A stretch of DNA of 58,985 bases, filler included, from Catajapyx aquilonaris (lineage: Eukaryota), in assembly GCA_000934665.2 (NCBI GenBank). It is 2 parts of 2 records of this genome, joined end to end, with 100 filler letters (N's around TTAATTAATTAA, not from the genome) between each part and the next. Parts side by side here need not be neighbours in the genome. Positions count along the whole stretch, not along the records: positions 29,574 to 58,985 come from JYFJ02004799.1; 1 more part is not named here. The stretch is one strand, 5' to 3'. The notes below the pieces were generated by a model that saw only the letters and a program-made list of their open reading frames with translations, did not search any database and was not told where the DNA came from. This document shows positions 51,114 to 58,985 of this stretch, one piece after another. How positions within the stretch are numbered: position 1 is the first letter of the stretch; every line of letters starts with the position of its first letter. A program made the position numbers and the translations under genes.

Positions 51114-51822
51114 TTATTTTGACATCAACTTTGCGAAGAAATCTGAAAAATGTTTGTAACGTCAATATTACGCATAAGGGTGGAAAAAATTTGTTGCCTA
51201 CTTCTGTAGTCGATCCAGCCGTCATCGTTTACGGTGGCTTCCTCCAACATGATGTCCGCCTCTTCCGGGGTCAGCTTTTCTCCAAGCGTGGTCATGACAT
51301 GCTTGAACTCTGCCGCCTTGATCAGTCCCTTTCCTTCCCTATCGAACACCTTGAATCCATTCACAATCGACCCCAGCTTGATAGGCTGGCGGATGAGCAA
51401 GGACATGGCTTCGAAGAACTGGATCACGTTCAGCATCCCTGTTTCTAATGAGTAAAATATAGCAAGAGTTGCTTACGTGTGGGCTAATACGTACTGTCTA
51501 CGTCCAGTTGCTCGATGACAACTTCGAGCTCCGCCTGCGTTGGGTTCTGGCCGAGTGCTCTGACCAGAGTTCCCAAGTTGGATGTTTCGATAGCTCCAAC
51601 TCCCTCGTGGTCGAAGAGGGAGAAGGCTTCACGGAAACATGTTTTTTCCTCCTTCGTCAAATTCACAGCCTGCAAATTGAATCGTCTTAAGAGGGCTGTT
51701 GCTTTACAACTATTGCGCATCAATCCGAGGGGCCAGTGTGAATCATTAATCTCATAATTTTTTTGTCAGAAAGACGGACCTCTCGGATTGATTACGGCCG
51801 GATAGAACTGCGCACTCACCAT
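51114..51822 (-). CDS. Calmodulin-like EF-hand protein, 149 aa, divergent
   Basis: Exons 51822-51820 (ATG only), 51669-51495, 51444-51202 and 51142-51114 total 450 nt. Sequence [21 protein letters not shown]...[12 protein letters not shown]...[11 protein letters not shown]...LMSK; length and intron positions are calmodulin-like. Confidence 0.9.
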
Positions 51823-52139
51823 CTTGAATCATTCCAGTGGCAGGTGGTCTCCAGGCAACTGCGCGCTGTCAACAATTGTCTGTTTGGCTGCCCTGAAACT
51901 AGTTCTGTGACTGTGACTGGCCGATTGCACTGTATAGAACTTGTCGTAATGTTACGACTTGATGTGGTATGATCGCAGTGTACGTAATTTAACTAAAGCA
52001 CTGAGAGTACTGTGTACGTGGTAAACATGATCTACATCTCAATTTCCTTTACAGCCAATTTCTTTACAGTTTACATGTGCAGCCGATTGATCATATAAAT
52101 TAGCAAACTGCCATCGGTTACTGGATTTAACAATAATTA

Positions 52140-53395
52140 TAATTAATTAATAAACAGGTAATTAATTACCGGTGTAATTAATTATAAACAGGGGTGACCC
52201 GTGACAAACGAATCCTGGTGCCCAACTTTCTGTTGGTGTCAGCTGCACGACTTTTTGGGTGACCGCACCAGTGCTGTCTGTCTAGTGGCCCTGCCAGGCA
52301 CGGTATGCCCAATCGCTGATAATGATTGTAGTTAGGGCGCTTATTGTGGGATTCATTACTCTCCGTATCGTGCACCGCAGACAGACTAACGAACGTTATT
52401 GTGGCCTTGTTTGGGGTATGCCCAATTAATGGTTGATTCGACTTTCAATGAACCAACCGAAATAATTGGCAAAGCCACAATAACGTTCGTTGCTTTGTCA
52501 ATTAATGGTTGATTCGACTTTTAATGAACCAATCGAAATTGGCAAAGCCACAATAACGTTCGTTGCTTTGCCAATTAATGGTTGATTCGACTTTTAATGA
52601 ATCAAATCATTAATTGGCACTGCCACAATAACGTTCGTTTCTATGCCAATTATGGATTAATTAAAAACAGAATCAATCGTTAATTAGCAATAAGCAACGA
52701 ATGTTATTGTGGCTTTGCCAATTAAAGGTTGATGCGACTTTTATAGAATCAATCAGTAATTGTCAAAGCCACAATAACATTCGTTGCTTTATAACGATTG
52801 ATTCGGTTTTTAATTGATCAATCAGTAATTGGCAAAGCCACAATAGCGTTCGTTGTGGCCTCCAGCGCCCAATTACGGAGTGTAATGATGCCAATCATGA
52901 AGCCAATGAATGAGTTTATTTCAGGTTTCCGTACATAGCTGATCAAGATTCGTGTCCCTTTCACCGGAAGCAACCCCGACCCTCTCTCTCCAACCCTCGC
53001 TGAACCCGAGGCCGACCTTCAACCAGACCCTTTTCTTCCTTCCTCCCCAATACATTCCAAAAGTGTGGCCTTGTCGCTATCCCCAGGGCATCAGGGTTGG
53101 GGTGACTGGCTGACCCTTCCCAAGAAAACCCAAAAATAGCCCTCCTCATTGTGTGTATGTGCTGCTTGCACTTCTTGCAGTGGTGCTGATGCACAAAGAG
53201 CTTGGTAAGTGCGCGTTGTTGTTGTTGCTACAGTCAAATGGAGCACTTGAAACTCACTTTTTAAAAACCCCTGATCATTTCCTGACTGTTTATTATACCC
53301 ACCCAGCAGCTTTGGAATAATTCGGCTTCTCCTAGTCGTATCTGGCTCTCAAAAGCGCTGTGGTGCCACATGTGCGTGGTCATATTTTGGTAGTA
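52140..53395 (+). repeat. Copy 1 of a diverged direct repeat, upstream of the ankyrin gene
   Basis: Colinear blocks shared with 57440-58395: GCCCTGCCAGGCACGGTATG, the hairpin array, TGGCTGACCCTTC, TACAGTCAA, TTCGGCTTCTCC, TCTCAAAAGCGC.GTGGTGCCACATGTGCG. Confidence 0.85.
52372..52870. repeat. Array of ~70-bp double-hairpin units with inverted ends (MITE-like)
   Basis: Unit ATTGGCAAAGC-CACAATAACGTTCGTT-GCTTTGCCAAT-TAATGGTTGATTCGACTTTTAATGAATCAA, about 6-7 copies. Confidence 0.85.
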
Positions 53396-53589
53396 ATAAT
53401 GGGTCGAATTTTGTTGTAAGAGAGGGGTCATCAGGTACACTTCACATAAAAAATAGTCACAGTTGCCTTTGTGTTTAATAAATGAATTTTTAATAAATTT
53501 GTCTCCGTTGCTGACAATGCTGTTTCTTTGTAGCATTGCTGTACAGCCTCGTCTAAGTGCACATATTCCAACACCGAAGGATTTCCAAG

Positions 53590-56163
53590 ATGGCCAGGGC
53601 ACCAGGAATATCTCAGGAGGTACCGGTATGTAATGTAATTACAACATACGATCAATGGAGATGCAATGGTGCTTGATTTTCCAGACTTGTGAGGACATCA
53701 TGACGGCCTTTGGGCGTGGTAACATACGGAAGGTGAAGGAGCTGATCAAAAGCAGAGGTCGGCAAGTGCTGGATGTTCTGGACGAGTTAAAGGAGAACTG
53801 CGTCCACAGTGCAGCCATGGGGGGACAGGAGCGGGTACTGGAGATTCTCAAGGAGAACTTTGAAGACCTGGACGTCAACCTGTCAAGTTCGGTGTTTGGC
53901 CGTACTCCTCTTCATCATGCTGCCAAATGTGGACATGAAGAGGTGGTTACGCTTCTGATTTCCTACGGGGCAGACACAACAGCCAAGGACATAGACGGCA
54001 AGTCACCACTTGATTTGGCAGAGATGTATGACCATCCGGAAGTGGTGACAATCATCCAATCTTCTGGATCAAGCGACACTGGTAACAATCAACGCAAGAC
54101 AGCAACACCGAGAAATGAGAGGCCAGAATCTGTCTTATTTCGTGTAAGTCACGAATACATCATGACGAAATACGACTGAGCACTAATATTACATATCTTA
54201 CAGGGCCATTCGCGCAGACCGATTAGGATCAAGGAAGAAGTAGAGGAAAGCAACACTCCAGATGCCGCCTTGTCTAATGGCGAAGAAGCAGAGGTGAGGA
54301 AATACATGCTGATCTTCTTCAGAGATAAAACCTTACTAATTTGACCAATATTCATTACATTTGAGGGACCTGAGATCAAAAATTGCCAAGTCCACTTTTG
54401 TTGGGGGGTGTAATGCAAATACATGCACCAATTATGTATTTTAATGTCAATGGGTATTAATTACACATTTGCAGATGTAGCTAAGTTGTGGCGACATATG
54501 GACATTTAAAAAAAAACAACATAAAAGTGATCATCGTATTTTGTACATGATTTTTCTAATTATACTGACTTCCCAAATATCATATAGTATTATGCTACAG
54601 CATTGTTGTCGTCATTTTAAATTTGTATATAACTAACAGGCACACAACAACTCGACTAATGAAACCGCACTGCTTGATAAAGAAGTGACTGAGGTGAGTA
54701 TCCTGTTGTGTACTATTAACCACAAAAGTAATGTCGCACTGTTATGTGATGGTGTCTGTGACTTGCTGTTGAGCATGGGCATTGCCAAGTTTGGCGATAT
54801 TACGGAATCCACAACCCATGCCGACCCATGCGGACACCATCGCATAACAGTGCGACGTTACTTTTGCGGTTAATAGTACACTGTGAAACGGTCATGTAAC
54901 ATGCGACTGTTGGTCTTCACTCAGGGCATGATAGAGGCCGCTTCAGACGGTTGTCGGGACATCCTGATGGAATTTGCGGAGAAGCATGGGGTGGAGGCTG
55001 TTAAGGCAGCAGCAGACGCTTTCGGTGAAACATGTATTCACAAGGCTGCGGCAAACGGACATGTCAATGTGGTCCGGTACCTTTTGGAGAATGGTAGCGA
55101 CGTCACCGTGACGGACGAGAGAACCAAAGCTACACCTCTTCACAGGTGAATTGCTGCTATTCAACATTGCATTATCATGGTTTATATCGTTATCTTGGTT
55201 TATTCCAGGGCTGCTCAAAATGGGCATGTGAAGACGTGTACTATGCTGATTGAGAACAAGGCTAGTGTTTCAGCTCGTGATGAAAACAAAGACCAGGCAG
55301 TTCACTGGGCAGCATGGAATGGACATGAGGAGGTGGTGAAAATCCTTGTCAGTACTGATGCCAGCATCACTAATGATCCCGGGATTCAGAAGATGACTCC
55401 TCTTCACTGCGCAGTCAGTAGCGGCCATGTAAACGTCGCCAAGTATTTACTCAGCCAAGGTGCACACATCGAGGCCAGATGTGACGATGAGACCAGATGT
55501 GTCGACGAGATCAAATGTGTCTACGACTTCCGGCCCATACACTTGGCGGCCAAGAATGGGGACGTGGAGATGGTCAAGATGCTTCTGAGGGAAGGTGCGC
55601 AGCTGGAGGCCACCAACAAAGATGGTGAAACTGCTCTTCACCTGGCAGTTTACCACAACCACAATGATGTTGTCCAGGAGCTTCTGAAGAAAAAGGCCAA
55701 GTTGGAAGCAACCAACAATGATGGTGAGACCCCATTTCATCACGCTGCTTCTCAGGAACTCGGGGAAATGATGCAGCTGCTTTTGAAGAAGGGTGCCCGG
55801 CTGGAGGCTGCCAATAAGGATGGGGAGACCTGTCTTCACCAGGCTGCTCTTCATGGCCACAAGGATACGGTGCAGTTGCTTTTGGACAAAGGTGCTGAGT
55901 TGGAGGCCACGAATGTAGATGGATGGACTCCTTTGCATCTGGCCGCTTACCATGGCCGTGAGGCGGTGACGAAGTTCCTTATGGAGGCAGGGGCTGACGT
56001 GCTGGCCACTACAAGCAAAGGGCACACCCCAGAGAAGTTGGCAGACATCAACGGCTACCTCGACGTTTTCCCACATGTATCAGAAGTCCGCAGGAAGAGG
56101 AAACCAAGTAGTGGTAGTGCGAAGCGACCTCGACCTCGGCCAAAGCCAAAGCATCGCAACTGA
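53590..56163 (+). CDS. Ankyrin-repeat protein, about 604 aa, 6 exons
   Basis: Exons 53590-53625, 53685-54143, 54204-54293, 54640-54693, 54925-55145, 55209-56163 (1815 nt, GT-AG, phases consistent). Many G.TPLH.AA..G repeats in two blocks. Basic tail RRKRKP...KRPRPRPKPKHRN. Confidence 0.88.
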
Positions 56164-57439
56164 TAAAGAGTGACCATTGCTACAAATAAGTTATGTTTCC
56201 TTTTTTAAAAAAAATATTTGGAAGAAAATATTTTCAACACCAGAGTGTAAGCATCACATGAATTGATAATTTATGAATTAATAATTTGAATTAATTTGAT
56301 TTAATAATTAGAAATTGCTCTTCAAGCCATTGATTTACACCTTGTTATTCTAATTATGTTACTATAATATAATAATAATTTAATAATAATAATGATATTT
56401 ATTTAACTCCCAAACTAGGCTGTATGGGAGGGAGTGTTACTATAATATACGTATAATGTACTAGTTGTTTTTCAGCCCATATATAGGCGACCATTATTGT
56501 GCAATTAAAGTTAATGTTTGAGAGATGATGGTAAACTGACTGTACAGTTACGTAATTTAACAAGAGTTTTCCTATTGTTAATGTATGCTACTGTTGGTAG
56601 AAGTTTCCATTTTTTAAAATAATACTTTTGGTTTTTCTGTAAGCTACCATTCAACTTACAAAACTGTGTTACTCTTTAACGCATCCATCTAGTAGAGGTG
56701 AAATATGCGAAGGAACAATAAACAAAAAATTTGACTAAAATAATGAGATATTCCAGTTTCGTGCAAACCGTGGTTTGTGAGTGAATAAGTCGCTGTTTTT
56801 TTCCCTATTACTAAACATGATTTGCATTTCAGTCTGAATTTGTAGCACTTGCTGTGTAACACCTTGTGTGAGCGTACCATATTTATTAGGAGACTTCAGA
56901 CACCATTGCACTTCTCGTACTGTACACACCCATGTGTACCACACTGTACATGTGGGTCTAGTCCTTTTTTGTCATAACACTGGATCACACTGCTGCAGTC
57001 TTAGTTGAACCAGGACCTAATTTCGGATAATACGGACACTTTGTACCATGTCCTCTAGATGTACGCAACACCTGATTGATTCACCATATAATGGAAACAC
57101 TTGCAGGATGAATCAGTTGTATCCAGCTGTTGGTATGCATCGCCAAGAGCGTCAATTTTGATATGTAAAGGGTTGAAAGGCATGTACTCGTCAGCCAAAA
57201 AAGTACCAGATAAGTTTGATTGTAATTGTTGACAGTAATCACTTTTAAATAATCCAAAGCCCAGCTATAAAATATTGAAGGATTGCCTCCCTGGCTGTCA
57301 AATTTTTTTTACTGTCAATAGACATTTTATATTATGTATAATAGTACTTTATTTTATGGGCTATTAAGGAGCGTTATGCAGCTGATTCACCATCTGAATT
57401 AGCAAGCACTGCCAGCTGCTACTGTATTTAGCAGTAATT

Positions 57440-58395
57440 AAAATTAATTTAACAGTAATTAATTAAACAGGTGACCTGCAAACAACGGATCCTACACCTC
57501 ACCTTTGTGTTGGTGTTAGTTGTATGACTTTTGGGTGACTGCACCAGTATGCCTACTGTCCGTCTTGTAGCCCTGCCAGGCACGGTATGTCCAATTTCCC
57601 AAAAATTTAAGTTTTGACTGTTATTATTGTGGTATTGTATCCGCATCATTACAGTCCGCATTGTGCGCCGCAGGCCAACGAACGTTATTGTGGCTTTCCC
57701 AATTAATGATTGATTCGACTTTCCGACACATGTATCACTCATATTAATTGGCAAAGCCACAATAACGTTCGTTGCTTTACCAATTTATGTGTGATTTGAC
57801 TTTTAATGCATCAATAGTTAATTAGCAAAGCCTCACAATAACGTCCGTTGGCCGGCGGCGCACATTAAGGACAGTCATGACTCATGATGATGCCAATTAA
57901 TGAGTTTATCTAGGTTTCACATATTTGAAGGTTGATCAGCCCCTTTCTCCGTGAAATAAATTAATGGCCGGAATAGAAACCCTCGCTTAACCCGGCCTGC
58001 AACGGGATTCCCCCCCCCCCCCCCCNAATAAATTCTAAGGGTCTGGCAACACCCGTTGTTTATATTATCCCCTGGGTATATAGCCGAGGGTTGGAGTGGC
58101 TGGCTGACCCTTCTGAAAAGGGGCAAAGTGGTCAAAATATTCAAAGCCCAAAAGCCCTCATTGCGTGAGCTTGAGTGGTGCGGACAGGCTGTGGATACAC
58201 AAGGAGTGGTACAGTCAATTGGAGTCCTTATTTAGGCTACCTCCCTTGTAACCAGAAACCTTTGCTGGTGTGTATTATACCCACGTAGATCACGGTAGAT
58301 GTCAAATCCGTAAAATATTCGGCTTCTCCAACTGCCATCAGTTTCTCAAAAGCGCGGTGGTGCCACATGTGCGCGATCATATTTTGGCAATAATT
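57440..58395 (+). repeat. Copy 2 of the diverged direct repeat, downstream of the ankyrin gene, with a shorter hairpin array (57663-57864)
   Basis: Colinear with 52140-53395. Array bounded by the inverted ends GTGCGCCGCAGGCCAACG / CGTTGGCCGGCGGCGCAC. Confidence 0.85.
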
Positions 58396-58589
58396 ATTTG
58401 CATTACCTTCACTTTTAATATCGGTACCTTCAAGAATCGTTCAACCAGTCCATGAATTTCCAGTGAAAGTGCAACTTAATCACAATAGTAGCGCAAATTG
58501 CCCACGCCAAGGTCAATCGTGAAGTGTTAATATAAATATATAGGCTATATTAATTAATGTAGATACATAGTAAATAAAATATAAAATAG

Positions 58590-58771
58590 CAGGGGTCTAA
58601 TCTTTTTTTAAAAAAATTGTCCAGGAGCAAAGTTTGCACTTCAAACTTTCATTTGGAGTGCAAATTACTTATATGGAGTGCTTGATTTTTAATTACTGCG
58701 TTCAGCCATGTTAAAAAACAGGTCAACTGGAGTGCAAATTGCACCTTTGCATCCTAATATTTCTACCCCTG
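58590..58771. mobile_element. Small hAT-like MITE
   Basis: CAGGGGT ... ACCCCTG ends, internal GGAGTGCAAATT repeats; no clean TSD. Confidence 0.45.
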
Positions 58772-58985
58772 AAATACTGTAGAATAAGTATATATTAACT
58801 AGGAAAATGCGAGCGGAGCGATTGTTTTCCTATAGGGCGTGTGACAGCACCAGCTGCACTGTCCTACCCCATTTCTTGCCTTGCGTGTTTTGACCGTGGA
58901 ACCCCCTTGTTATCTTGCGACTCTGTGTAATCGCCCGCCTCTGGTTGGCTCCTGATAAAACTTCCCATCATGCTGTGGGGCGTCA

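Noticed and set aside
52372..52870. CRISPR-like repeat array
   Set aside because: The sequences between repeats are themselves repeated rather than unique spacers, no cas genes are present, and the context is eukaryotic.

Overview
AT-rich animal (probably invertebrate) genomic DNA with compact 50-70 nt GT-AG introns; I cannot identify the species. A 100-nt artificial spacer (N44-TTAATTAATTAA-N44, 29474-29573) splits the window, so the two halves may not be adjacent in the genome. Left half: one GC-rich, transcription-factor-like first coding exon (3080-3593), then about 26 kb of non-coding DNA with SINEs, MITEs and a tRNA-like element. Right half: a nested transposon cluster (LINE fragment, solo-LTR-like element with a long ORF, a P-superfamily-like excision footprint interrupted by an EnSpm/CMC element, an EnSpm transposase pseudogene, foldback MITEs with 7-bp TSDs). 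It also holds an unrecognised 5-exon gene, a 14-exon SGSM1/2 (RUN+TBC) gene missing only its first exon, a divergent 149-aa calmodulin-like gene and a 6-exon ankyrin-repeat gene flanked by diverged direct repeats of about 1 kb. All gene models were spliced by eye. No database searches were run, so novelty is untested and I cannot show a new biological system from the sequence alone.
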